Below, in pieces: positions 36,204-45,236 of a stretch of DNA of 64,000 bases. Below the pieces are notes generated by a model, which did no database searches, was not told the DNA's origin, and saw only the letters and a program-made list of their open reading frames with translations. Position 1 is the stretch's first letter. The number at the start of each line of letters is the position of its first letter. The position numbers and the translations under genes are program-made. The DNA comes from Salibacteraceae bacterium (GTDB lineage: Bacteria > Bacteroidota > Bacteroidia > Flavobacteriales_G > Salibacteraceae), in NCBI GenBank assembly GCA_965267285.1, contig OZ253948.1:1037480-1101479 (forward strand), written 5' to 3'.

Positions 36204-37100
36204 CTAGACTATGCGAATCCCCAATTGCTTTCGCTTTTTTGTAAAAGCCTTGTGAATGCTTTGTCTTACGGATGAATTCCCAATAATGGCTCGTCCATCA
36301 ATCTCCACCACAGGTGTCAGTTCACCCATGGTTCCCGTGGCAAAGACGTCATCGGCTGCCTTGTAATCCTCCGGAGTCATATCACTCTCTGCAACCGGGA
36401 TGTCCAGTTCTTCTGCAATTTCTATCACCAGCCCCCTTGTGATACCAGCAAGGCAGTTTCTGGGATATGGTGTGAATAGCGCCCCGTCTTTTACCATGAA
36501 TAGGTTAGTATCGTTCAACTCGGATACATACCCTTGCTCATCCAACATTAACCCTGCGTCGACCCCTGCTTTGTTGGCCTCGATCTTAGCCAGGATATTG
36601 TTGAGCAAATTGTTGTGATGGATTTTGGAATCCAGGAACATCGGACTGTTTCTTCTTGTTTGAGTGGTAATCACCTTGATGCCCGAATCATTGTCATACA
36701 CCAGGGCTTTCCATTCAGCCAACACAATGAGCGTACACCCATTCTGATTGAGTCTTGGGTCCATGCCAGATGTCACCTTGGTACCCCGAGTCAGTGATAG
36801 ACGTACATGAGCCTCGTCGTACATGCCATTAGCCTTAAGTGTTTCGAATACAGCTTTTGTTATGAACTCCCTTGAGGGTACACCTTCAAACGCCAACGAT
36901 GCAGCGCTTTCGTACAATCGATCCAGATGCCGGTCCAGAACAAACACTTGCCCATCGTACACCCGCAGGCCTTCCCACACCGAATCGCCTCCCTGAACAA
37001 CACTGTCAAACACGGAAACGTGTGCCTCGTTGCGATGATAGAGCCGATCACCCACCCATACTTGAATGTCAGCGTTTCTGGGATTGTACGTTTGGAGCAT
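36204..37100 (-). CDS. Class IV (fold type IV) PLP aminotransferase, BCAT/D-amino-acid aminotransferase/ADC-lyase family
   Basis: ...HVSVFDSVVQGGDSVWEGLRVY.G..F.LD.HL.RL..SA..., LTRG, and GITR...I.E...G.PV.E family pattern. Confidence 0.85.
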   Translation of the reverse strand: MLQTYNPRNADIQVWVGDRLYHRNEAHVSVFDSVVQGGDSVWEGLRVYDGQVFVLDRHLDRLYESAASLAFEGVPSREFITKAVFETLKANGMYDEAHVRLSLTRGTKVTSGMDPRLNQNGCTLIVLAEWKALVYDNDSGIKVITTQTRRNSPMFLDSKIHHNNLLNNILAKIEANKAGVDAGLMLDEQGYVSELNDTNLFMVKDGALFTPYPRNCLAGITRGLVIEIAEELDIPVAESDMTPEDYKAADDVFATGTMGELTPVVEIDGRAIIGNSSVRQSIHKAFTKKRKQLGIRIV

Positions 37101-37103
37101 AGG

Positions 37104-37805
37104 CTAGATCTCAAATTGTTTTAGGAATTGGTAGTGAGGCATGGCATCTTCAAGCAATCCTGTCAGATGATCAGGAAAGGGATTCTTGCTGAAAGAGGAT
37201 TGAAATCCCGTGGATTTGTGTACGTTGGCGTACCAGTATTTAGCCCACCTACCATCTTCGGGGATAGGCCCCGCTTCCCAATTCAACATTGCTTCTTCAA
37301 ATTGAATGCCCAGGTGACGGCAAAGGATTTCCAATTTGCGTTTGGGGTCAGGCAATACGCTATTTGAATCCAATACAACAATCTTCTCTCCGCGGCCTGT
37401 GAGCCATTGTGCTACCTCGGCTTGCATGGCCAACCCGATATCCCTCAGAGTAGGGTTGGGTAAGATCTTGGAGATGGAAGCAATCATTTGGCGTGGCTCT
37501 CTCACGAGAAAAAAATTGGTACAACGCTCAAAGAAGGACCAATCCAAACCGATACAATGATGCCCCATGTTCTTCAGAAAGACATGGCCACGGCTTGACC
37601 TTTCAAGAATGTCAGCCTCGACCTTTTTCTGATCAATGCTCATAGTATCGAGGATCTCCTGCCTTCCTGGATGGTCTACGCCGGTTTGGTGAAGGTAATG
37701 GGCGTAGTAGGGTTCATCGATAACCTGCATGTCATCCCTCTGGGCAAAGGAATACATCAGGGCGGTGGAAATATTCCTCGGTCCGGAAATCAGATTAATG
37801 ATCAT
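37104..37805 (-). CDS. Sulfotransferase-like P-loop protein
   Basis: N-terminal LISGPRNISTALMYSF resembles a PAPS-binding loop. 233 aa. Family assignment is from memory (Sulfotransfer_5-like). Confidence 0.55.
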   Translation of the reverse strand: MIINLISGPRNISTALMYSFAQRDDMQVIDEPYYAHYLHQTGVDHPGRQEILDTMSIDQKKVEADILERSSRGHVFLKNMGHHCIGLDWSFFERCTNFFLVREPRQMIASISKILPNPTLRDIGLAMQAEVAQWLTGRGEKIVVLDSNSVLPDPKRKLEILCRHLGIQFEEAMLNWEAGPIPEDGRWAKYWYANVHKSTGFQSSFSKNPFPDHLTGLLEDAMPHYQFLKQFEI

Positions 37806-39081
37806 CCGATTTGGATTTTGGTTTGATCACCAACCGGAGACTCTGGTCGTATGTTAGATACTTCCATGCCCAGTTGATAAATATGATCACACGGTTTTTC
37901 ACCCCGACGATGGAGTAGAGGTGGACAAACATCCAGATGAACCAGGCAAAGAATCCACCAAACCTGGCGTACGGAAGATCGCATACGGCGAGGTTTCTAC
38001 CGATCGTTGCCATTGAACCCTTGTCCTTGTACACAAAAGCCTTTTGGGGTTGGTCTTTTTCCTTTCGCTTCAGGTTCGCAGCCAAGGTCCGAGCCTGCTG
38101 GATGGCAGGCTGGCAAACTTGTGGGTGGCCTTTTTCCCAACCCGGGCTATGCATGATGGCCTGATCTCCCAGCACATATAGTCCCTCCATTACTTCGTTA
38201 TGATCATCGACCATTACACGACCGTTGGACTCAATTTTATCCTCAGGTATACCATCGAGTAGGTTTGGTTTGACGCCAGCCGCCCAGATCAAGTTGTTTG
38301 AATGTAGACTTTCACCATGCTGGGTTGTGATTGTCAATCCATCGTAGTCGGTAACAAAGGTGTTGAGTTTCACATTCACACCTAGCTTTTGCAGATAAGC
38401 CAGGGATTTTTGCTGGGCTGTTTCCGACATGCTTTTCAGCAGTGCATCCGATCCTTCCAGTAAGGTGATGGACATGCGATTGAAGTCAAGCTCGGGGTAG
38501 TCCTTAGGAAGTATGGTCGACTTCATCTCTGCGATGGCACCGGCTAGTTCCACACCGGTGGGTCCTCCTCCTACGACTACGAGATTGAGGTAGCCTTCCT
38601 GCATTTTCGAGTCAGTTTCATTTAAAGCCTTTTCGTAGTTCTGCAGAATGGTATTCCTCAGAGCCAGGGCCTCGGAGATGCTTTTCATTGGCAAGGAATG
38701 GTCTTCCAGCCGCTTGTTACCAAAGTAATTGGTGGTCGCACCCATGGCGAGCACTATGTAATCATAGTCGATGGTGCCGATAGAGGTCGTCAGCTGCTTT
38801 TTCGAGTGGTCGAAATACAGTGCGTCGGCCATTCTGAAATGTACGTTGGCCTTGTTTTGAAAATACTTTCGAAAAGGAAACGAAATTGAACTGGGTTCAA
38901 GCCCTGCCGTGGCTACTTGATAGAACAGTGGTTGAAACTGGTGGTAATTGTTTCGGTCGATCAATACCGTCTGAAACATGCGATTGTCCAGTCGCATGAC
39001 CAATTCCATTCCGGCGAATCCTCCACCTACGATCACCACTCGCTTGAGGTCGGTTTCCGGGATGTGCTGTACCTGGCTCAC
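37795..39081 (-). CDS. ndh: Type II NADH dehydrogenase (NDH-2)
   Basis: RVVIVGGGFAGMEL and VVVGGGPTGVELAG dinucleotide folds, GD motif VLGDQA, C-terminal membrane-anchor helices. GTG start with GTGA overlap. Confidence 0.88.
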   Translation of the reverse strand: MSQVQHIPETDLKRVVIVGGGFAGMELVMRLDNRMFQTVLIDRNNYHQFQPLFYQVATAGLEPSSISFPFRKYFQNKANVHFRMADALYFDHSKKQLTTSIGTIDYDYIVLAMGATTNYFGNKRLEDHSLPMKSISEALALRNTILQNYEKALNETDSKMQEGYLNLVVVGGGPTGVELAGAIAEMKSTILPKDYPELDFNRMSITLLEGSDALLKSMSETAQQKSLAYLQKLGVNVKLNTFVTDYDGLTITTQHGESLHSNNLIWAAGVKPNLLDGIPEDKIESNGRVMVDDHNEVMEGLYVLGDQAIMHSPGWEKGHPQVCQPAIQQARTLAANLKRKEKDQPQKAFVYKDKGSMATIGRNLAVCDLPYARFGGFFAWFIWMFVHLYSIVGVKNRVIIFINWAWKYLTYDQSLRLVIKPKSKSDDH

Positions 39082-39482
39082 GAAACGCTAAAATAGCGTT
39101 TCATCGGTTCGATGTAGTGCTCGTGCCAACCATCGTAGTATTGCTGGTGCTGGCCTTCCGGAATATGGGTATGTGTGAGCTCTACTCTTACCCCGCCATC
39201 GATATTTTCCATAGTCAGTTCGAGCATCGAATCCGGACTTCCTTCGGGAAATTCGGTTGTTCTCCAGGATTGAAGGATGCGCTTGGGATACTCCAAACTG
39301 AGATTCACCCCTTGGATGTATGCATCCCAAGCAGTGTAGATTCCGCCGATATTCTTGTCTATATCCGCTTCACCCCCGGTAAAGGCAGAATGGCGTGACC
39401 CGTCCAACCATGCCTGATAAAGATCTTCGGCGGTAGTTTCCAATTCGAAGACAATCGTAAAGTCGTTTTCTACGGCAGCCAT
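39078..39482 (-). CDS. SRPBCC-superfamily (AHSA1/START-like) protein
   Basis: ...DLYQAWLD...HSAFTGGEA........GG.YTAWDGYI.G..L pattern. ATG 39482 is preferred over the listed TTG 39491. Confidence 0.65.
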   Translation of the reverse strand: MAAVENDFTIVFELETTAEDLYQAWLDGSRHSAFTGGEADIDKNIGGIYTAWDAYIQGVNLSLEYPKRILQSWRTTEFPEGSPDSMLELTMENIDGGVRVELTHTHIPEGQHQQYYDGWHEHYIEPMKRYFSVS

Positions 39483-39575
39483 CTCATCCAAATTTCTGCA
39501 AACTAAGCGGTAATTGCAAACACTGGATTCGAAAAGGGTAAATGCTTAGATTCGCTCCTCACCAATTTTTTGTCC

Positions 39576-41723
39576 ATGAAGAAGTTAGTCGTTCTCGCTC
39601 TGTTGTTTACCAGTATTTTCAGGCTGTATGCCAAGGAAGGCATGTGGATCCCGATGCTGATCAAGAGCCTGAATGAGGCTGACATGCAGAGTCTTGGATT
39701 TAAACTCACAGCCGAGGATGTTTACTCCTTCAACAAATCCAGTCTCAAGGATGGTGTGGTGCATTTCGGAGGAGGGTGTACTTCGGAATTGATTTCAGGA
39801 GAGGGCTTGCTGCTTACCAATCATCACTGCGGATATGGGCGAATCCAAGCCCACTCATCGGTAGAGAATAACTATCTGAAGGACGGGTTTTGGGCAATGT
39901 CAAAAAAGGAAGAGCTGCCCAATAGGGGGCTTACGGCAACACTTATAGTGCGCATGGAGGATGTTACCGACCAGGTTTTGGAAGGAACAAGTGAGAATAT
40001 GCCGGTGCTGTCAAAGAGAAAAATGATAGCCGGGAATATCCAAAAGGTAGGAAAAGCTGCAGTGAAGGGAACACATTATGGATTCATTATTCGCCCATTC
40101 TATTATGGCAACAAATACTACATGTTCCTCACCGAAACCTTCCGAGATATCAGATTGGTTGGAGCCCCTCCTTCCTCAATTGGCAAGTTTGGATTCGACA
40201 CGGACAACTGGGTGTGGCCGAGGCATACAGGGGATTTTTCGCTTTTCCGGATATATGCCGGCAAGGACAACAAGCCCGCAGATTATTCTGAAGACAATGT
40301 CCCTTACAAACCGAAACACTTTTTTCCGATCAACACCGGTGGACTGAACGAAGGCGACTTTACGATGGTATATGGTTTTCCCGGAAGAACTCAAGAATAT
40401 CTCACCAGTCACGCTGTTGAGTACATTATGACCAAGCAAGATCCAGGGCGTGTGAAAATGCGTGATGCCAGCCTGAGTGTGATCAATGCTGCTATGGCCG
40501 GTAGTGAGCAACTCAATATCCAGTATGCTGCCAAGCAATCCCGTATTAGCAATGCGTGGAAAAAGTGGAAGGGTGAGCTCAAGGGCCTGAGGAGGTTGGA
40601 TGCTATCAACAAGAAGAAGGCATTGGAGGCTCGGTTTCAGAGCGCCGTTGATTCGAAAGAGGAGTTTGAAAAGTACAGAGGAATATTGGGGGCCTTCGAC
40701 GAGACCTATGCACAGATGCGGCCATATGAGTTTTCGAGAGACTACTTCATTGAAATCTTCTACTACGGTCCTGAGGTGATTCGCTTTGCCGATGGATTCA
40801 ATAAACTCTTGCTCATGATCGATGAGAAAAAGGGTGACTCCCTGATCAATCCGGAGATCGAAAAACTCAGAAAACGGAATGCTGGGTTTTTCAAGAATTA
40901 CAACGTGGAAGTGGATAAGAAAATGATGAAGAAAATGCTTCCTATATACTTCAGCGAAATGGACGCGTCGCAGGTTCCGTCTGTCAAGAAGGAGATAGAC
41001 GAAAACTTTGGTGGGGATGTAAATAAGTATGTCGACAACCTGTTTAAGAAAAGTATCCTGACCAACAAAGTGGCTGCCGATGCCTTCCTGGCCAAACCAA
41101 AGACCGCCAAACTCAAGAAAGACCCGGCATTCAAGCTTTGCCTGTCACTTGTGCACAAATACTTCGACGACGTGAAGCCTACACATTCGATGCTCGCTGC
41201 GAAACTTGATAGTCTGTATTCCGTTTATATGCCTGCGCTTATGGAAGTTCTTCCCAACGAAAGAGTTTATTTTCCTGATGCCAATAGCACCCTCAGGATT
41301 AGTTATGGCAAGGTAGAAGGATACATCGGAGCCGATGCCGTGGAATACAAGCACTATACAACGTTGAGCGGAGTGGTGGAGAAATATGTCGAGGACGACT
41401 ATGAATTTGATTTGCCGGACAAATTGATTGAGCTATATCGCAAAAAGGACTACGGTCGTTATGCGCGCGACGGTGAAATGCGTGTCTGCTTCCTGGCATC
41501 AAATCACACCACAGGTGGTAATTCCGGAAGTCCAGCACTTGATGCAAATGGCAATTTGATTGGATTGAATTTCGACAGGGTTTGGGAAGGAACCATGTCT
41601 GATGTTATGTTTGATCCTGAAAAGTGCCGAAACATCATGGTGGACGTCAATTATGTTTTATTCATAATTGACAAATTCGCTGGAGCCGGACACCTGATTG
41701 ATGAAATGACCCTGATAGATTAA
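39576..41723 (+). CDS. S46-family dipeptidyl-peptidase (DPP7/DPP11-like)
   Basis: Signal peptide followed by the hallmark KEGMWIP, then GGCTSELIS..GLLLTNHHCG, and a C-terminal catalytic GGNSGSP. Confidence 0.92.
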   Translation: MKKLVVLALLFTSIFRLYAKEGMWIPMLIKSLNEADMQSLGFKLTAEDVYSFNKSSLKDGVVHFGGGCTSELISGEGLLLTNHHCGYGRIQAHSSVENNYLKDGFWAMSKKEELPNRGLTATLIVRMEDVTDQVLEGTSENMPVLSKRKMIAGNIQKVGKAAVKGTHYGFIIRPFYYGNKYYMFLTETFRDIRLVGAPPSSIGKFGFDTDNWVWPRHTGDFSLFRIYAGKDNKPADYSEDNVPYKPKHFFPINTGGLNEGDFTMVYGFPGRTQEYLTSHAVEYIMTKQDPGRVKMRDASLSVINAAMAGSEQLNIQYAAKQSRISNAWKKWKGELKGLRRLDAINKKKALEARFQSAVDSKEEFEKYRGILGAFDETYAQMRPYEFSRDYFIEIFYYGPEVIRFADGFNKLLLMIDEKKGDSLINPEIEKLRKRNAGFFKNYNVEVDKKMMKKMLPIYFSEMDASQVPSVKKEIDENFGGDVNKYVDNLFKKSILTNKVAADAFLAKPKTAKLKKDPAFKLCLSLVHKYFDDVKPTHSMLAAKLDSLYSVYMPALMEVLPNERVYFPDANSTLRISYGKVEGYIGADAVEYKHYTTLSGVVEKYVEDDYEFDLPDKLIELYRKKDYGRYARDGEMRVCFLASNHTTGGNSGSPALDANGNLIGLNFDRVWEGTMSDVMFDPEKCRNIMVDVNYVLFIIDKFAGAGHLIDEMTLID

Positions 41724-41730
41724 TACTGCA

Positions 41731-42606
41731 ATGATTAAGTACGACCCACACTCCTGGATTAAACTACTCACGCATTCTTACAGTCGCGAGATTTATAAGC
41801 AATTATGGCCCGCCATGACAGTTCTGGCCATCTACACTCTTGGCCTCACCTGGGCCATAGAATACTTTAAGATAGACCTGTATCATACCATGGCTATCCA
41901 TTCACTTCTGGGGATCGTACTCGGTTTGTTTCTGGTCTTTCGGACAAATGGTGCCTACGATCGCTGGTGGGAAGGACGTAAACTCTGGGGTGCATTGGTT
42001 AACACATGTAGAAATTTTGCGCTTAAAATGCACAACGCACTTCCTGAGAACAAGGAGGACAAAGAACTGTTTTGGAAACTCTATTCGAACTTCGTTTTTG
42101 CTATGAAAGAACACCTTAGAGACGGGGTGAAAATGGAGGAGATGGAAGAGATCGATGAGCGATTTCGTCAGGGAATGGAGAAAAGGGTACACAAACCCAA
42201 TTACATCGTGGATCGAATCTATGAGCGTCTGAATGAATTGTACAAGAAAGGCGAAATCACGGGACACCAACTGTTCATCATCGACGCTGAGATTCGCGAA
42301 CTTCTGGATATTCTGGGAGGATGTGAGAGGATTAAGAATACCCCAATACCATATTCGTACAACATGTTCCTCAAAAAATTCATCTTCCTGTTTACCGTAA
42401 CTGTTCCGCTGGCCATCGTTTCCATTTTCCACTATTGGACCGTGGTCGTGGTGCTATTCCTGTTCTACATACTTGCGAGTACGGAACTTATTGCTGAGGA
42501 AATCGAAGATCCATTCGGTACCGATGCCAATGACCTCCCAACAGATAATCTATCTGCTAAGATCAAGGATAATATCAAGGAGATTCTCCTGGACGAAAGA
42601 AGGTGA
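41731..42606 (+). CDS. Bestrophin-family (YneE/UPF0187) anion channel homologue
   Basis: ...LGIVLGLFLVFRTNGAYDRWWEGRKLWG..VN..R... and IPYSY...EEIEDPFG family motifs. Confidence 0.85.
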   Translation: MIKYDPHSWIKLLTHSYSREIYKQLWPAMTVLAIYTLGLTWAIEYFKIDLYHTMAIHSLLGIVLGLFLVFRTNGAYDRWWEGRKLWGALVNTCRNFALKMHNALPENKEDKELFWKLYSNFVFAMKEHLRDGVKMEEMEEIDERFRQGMEKRVHKPNYIVDRIYERLNELYKKGEITGHQLFIIDAEIRELLDILGGCERIKNTPIPYSYNMFLKKFIFLFTVTVPLAIVSIFHYWTVVVVLFLFYILASTELIAEEIEDPFGTDANDLPTDNLSAKIKDNIKEILLDERR

Positions 42607-44198
42607 GCACTGAGTTAGACAAGCTACCTAAGTCATTTCAATACATCATTCATGAGCTTTCAGAAAGAAAGCGCTTTACACCTGCCGAAATCCGTCAGGT
42701 GATCCTCAACGGTCGTGTCGCGGAGGAGGATGTATTGCTTTGGAGGGATGAGCAACATTCGCCCGAAGATTCATATGGCCGACAAATAATCTATGCCAAA
42801 GGGCATTTTGAGTTGATGTCTGTTACTTGGTGTCCTGGGGATTTTTCAGCCATACACGACCATGGTGACACCTCGTGGGGAGCTGTATTATGCTTTGGTG
42901 ATCTGGAGCATGCCACCTACAGACTGGATGGCCAAATACTCCGGACGAACGCCAGAAATATTCAAAGGAAAAATACCATCGCACTTGTAGGTAATGACCT
43001 CATCCACCAGATGGGAAACCACGGAAATGAAACAGTCCAGTCCTTCCATGTTTACGGGAACCCGGATTCCAAAGATGGTGATATCACTGGCGGTTCGAGA
43101 ATCTATAATCTTGCGGACGGGCGTTTTCAAGTTTCTGCACTGGGCTCGTTTTATGCAAACCCTCCGGAACGAATTCTGGAAGAGACCCATGGGCTCCGGG
43201 GTGATTTGTGCGCAGTCATAAGGGACGAAGTTGAGAAGCTGAGAAGGATGGAACAAATGGGTGCGGAAGAGGAGGTGAAAAATGCAATACTCCAAAAGTG
43301 TTTTGAACTTCTTCGAGGTGAGCAAATCATCGCGGAAGGCAGATCGATGGTGGATGAGAAGCATCAATTCCGAGACAAACAAAGGTGGGACAACCTGCAC
43401 ATGGAATTGAAGGTCCTGGCCAGGCAAGAAGCGGAGGAAGGAATGGATGACGACTCATTCGGATCTTATGCTGCCTACTATGATCAGGTGGTATGTCAAC
43501 CCTGCTTGAATAATTTCATGAAGGCCTATATCCAATTCTTCCAAGAGCAGACCAAGGCCCTTCAACCGAATGCCAGATTGATTTCCCTTGGATGTGGAAC
43601 CGGAATGGTTGAGGAATATATTAAGCAGACATATAGCGTTCAGGACATACGAGGAGTGGACCTTTCGGAGTCGATGGTTGAAGTAGCCTCAACCAGAATT
43701 GATGCTTCCGTGGCTGACCTAAGTCTCGAATTGAAGTGGGAAGAAAAGGGAGATGTGGCATTTTCGGGATTGAACGTTTTTCAATACCTGTCCGGAGATG
43801 ATTTTGAGGTGGCCATTCGCAATGCGAGGTCTTGCCTGAAAGAGGATGGATTCTTTTTTGGTGACTTTGTCACTCCTGATCACATTAGGGCGTATCCCAA
43901 TTTTTTTGCTGCGGAGGAGCAGGGGTTCTATTCTTTTCGTACTCCCGAAATTGTTGAGAGGGATGGCTTCTATTACCAGGAAAGCGACTTGATCAATTTG
44001 ATGATGGGGGAAGACCGCTTCTGGATAAGTCACGAAGGCAAACACCGAAGGTACTTGCCCACCATTGATGAGGTTCGATCGCTATTTGCTTCCTATTTCA
44101 CCAGTTTAGCCTTGTATGATGCTCATAGTTTGAAGCAAGTTGCCGAGGGCGACACAACGACTGAATCCACGCGTTATATCGTCATTGCGAAAGCTTAA
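42603..44198 (+). CDS. Fusion protein: cysteine-dioxygenase-type cupin + class I SAM-dependent methyltransferase
   Basis: LMSVTWCPGDFSAIHDHGDTSWGAVLCFGDLEHATY (HDH at 42855-42863) resembles the CDO cupin motif. ISLGCGTGM (43581-43607) is SAM motif I. GTG start in a GTGA overlap with the bestrophin gene. Confidence 0.7.
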   Translation: MSTELDKLPKSFQYIIHELSERKRFTPAEIRQVILNGRVAEEDVLLWRDEQHSPEDSYGRQIIYAKGHFELMSVTWCPGDFSAIHDHGDTSWGAVLCFGDLEHATYRLDGQILRTNARNIQRKNTIALVGNDLIHQMGNHGNETVQSFHVYGNPDSKDGDITGGSRIYNLADGRFQVSALGSFYANPPERILEETHGLRGDLCAVIRDEVEKLRRMEQMGAEEEVKNAILQKCFELLRGEQIIAEGRSMVDEKHQFRDKQRWDNLHMELKVLARQEAEEGMDDDSFGSYAAYYDQVVCQPCLNNFMKAYIQFFQEQTKALQPNARLISLGCGTGMVEEYIKQTYSVQDIRGVDLSESMVEVASTRIDASVADLSLELKWEEKGDVAFSGLNVFQYLSGDDFEVAIRNARSCLKEDGFFFGDFVTPDHIRAYPNFFAAEEQGFYSFRTPEIVERDGFYYQESDLINLMMGEDRFWISHEGKHRRYLPTIDEVRSLFASYFTSLALYDAHSLKQVAEGDTTTESTRYIVIAKA

Positions 44199-44728
44199 GA
44201 ACGCTTCGCAATCCGAATGTGCTCCAAATGATGTCTGCCATGCCAGCTATACAAGGCAGTCGTTTGGTGCAGGTTGTAGTCGACCTTGGACTCAGGATGG
44301 TAATAGGTTTTCTCAAAATCCGCATCACTCATACTGTCTAGCAATTGAGACCAACGCATGTGCAAGCCTTCGAGAAGTATCAGTGAACTTTGGAGAGGTG
44401 CCGAAGACGCATCACCCAGCTCGGCCCAACGCGCTTCTAAATAGGGTCGAATGGTCGGATGATCCTCAGTGAGTGCGAGTCGATATCTGCCTTGGCTGTT
44501 CAAATGGCTATCGGCACAATGGTGTACCAACTGGCGGATATTCCAGCCTTTCGGCCTGTATTGCTTTTGAAGATCCGCATCTTCGAGCCCCTCAACCTCT
44601 CCGCGAATTAGGGATGGAAACTCCCTAATGTCCTGAATCCATGCGGCCCGTTCTTGAGCATCAAAATCTTTTGGTTTGTGATACCTCCCAATCGGATACC
44701 TCAATTGTTCCAGTTCTTCGTCTGTCAT
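44195..44728 (-). CDS. DinB/YfiT-family metal-dependent protein
   Basis: RQLVHHCADSH...WHGRHHLEHI His triad typical of YfiT/DinB. Confidence 0.8.
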   Translation of the reverse strand: MTDEELEQLRYPIGRYHKPKDFDAQERAAWIQDIREFPSLIRGEVEGLEDADLQKQYRPKGWNIRQLVHHCADSHLNSQGRYRLALTEDHPTIRPYLEARWAELGDASSAPLQSSLILLEGLHMRWSQLLDSMSDADFEKTYYHPESKVDYNLHQTTALYSWHGRHHLEHIRIAKRS

Positions 44729-45147
44729 AGTTCCTTGGCTCGTTTGTTTAGTTCTTCTTTATCAACGTCCTCAAAGTGCGTGGCCAGCCACCATGTATTG
44801 CCCTCCAGATCTACTATTCCAGACTGTCTGTCACCGTAGAATTGATCTCCGGGAGGCATGATTTCCGTACACCCATATTTCAATGCAGTTGCATGTGTTT
44901 TATCTACATCTGGTACATACAGGTACATCATATTGGTGTGTTTCGGGCTGACATCTCTCGCTTGACCGATCATAAGCATACTGCGGTCGATTCGTACCTC
45001 AGCGTGGGTTACGTTCCCATCTGCCATCTCGATGGCCTCGGTACGATTACCGCCGAATATCTTTTCAAGAAATTCAACGAAGCCCGGTAAATCATTCACT
45101 ACGAAGTAAGGGCTCGCCGTAGGGTAATCTTTTGGCGTATAATCCAT
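44725..45147 (-). CDS. VOC (glyoxalase/bleomycin-resistance) family protein
   Basis: 140 aa with ...HAEVRI....LMI......., FYGDR.G...D..GN.WW.A pattern. ATGA overlap with the DinB gene. Confidence 0.75.
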   Translation of the reverse strand: MDYTPKDYPTASPYFVVNDLPGFVEFLEKIFGGNRTEAIEMADGNVTHAEVRIDRSMLMIGQARDVSPKHTNMMYLYVPDVDKTHATALKYGCTEIMPPGDQFYGDRQSGIVDLEGNTWWLATHFEDVDKEELNKRAKEL

Positions 45148-45182
45148 GTTGCCTAAGATACCAAATATGGGATTTGGCCCAA

Positions 45183-45213
45183 TTTGCCTCCGAAAGCCAG
45201 TTCATTATATTTG
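45183..45213 (+). promoter_or_regulatory. Candidate fhs promoter TTTG-N19-TATATTTG
   Basis: Both elements are at canonical Bacteroidota spacing. The -7 box ends 23 nt before ATG 45237. Confidence 0.45.
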
Positions 45214-45236
45214 CTTGATCCACTAAAACCCACACT

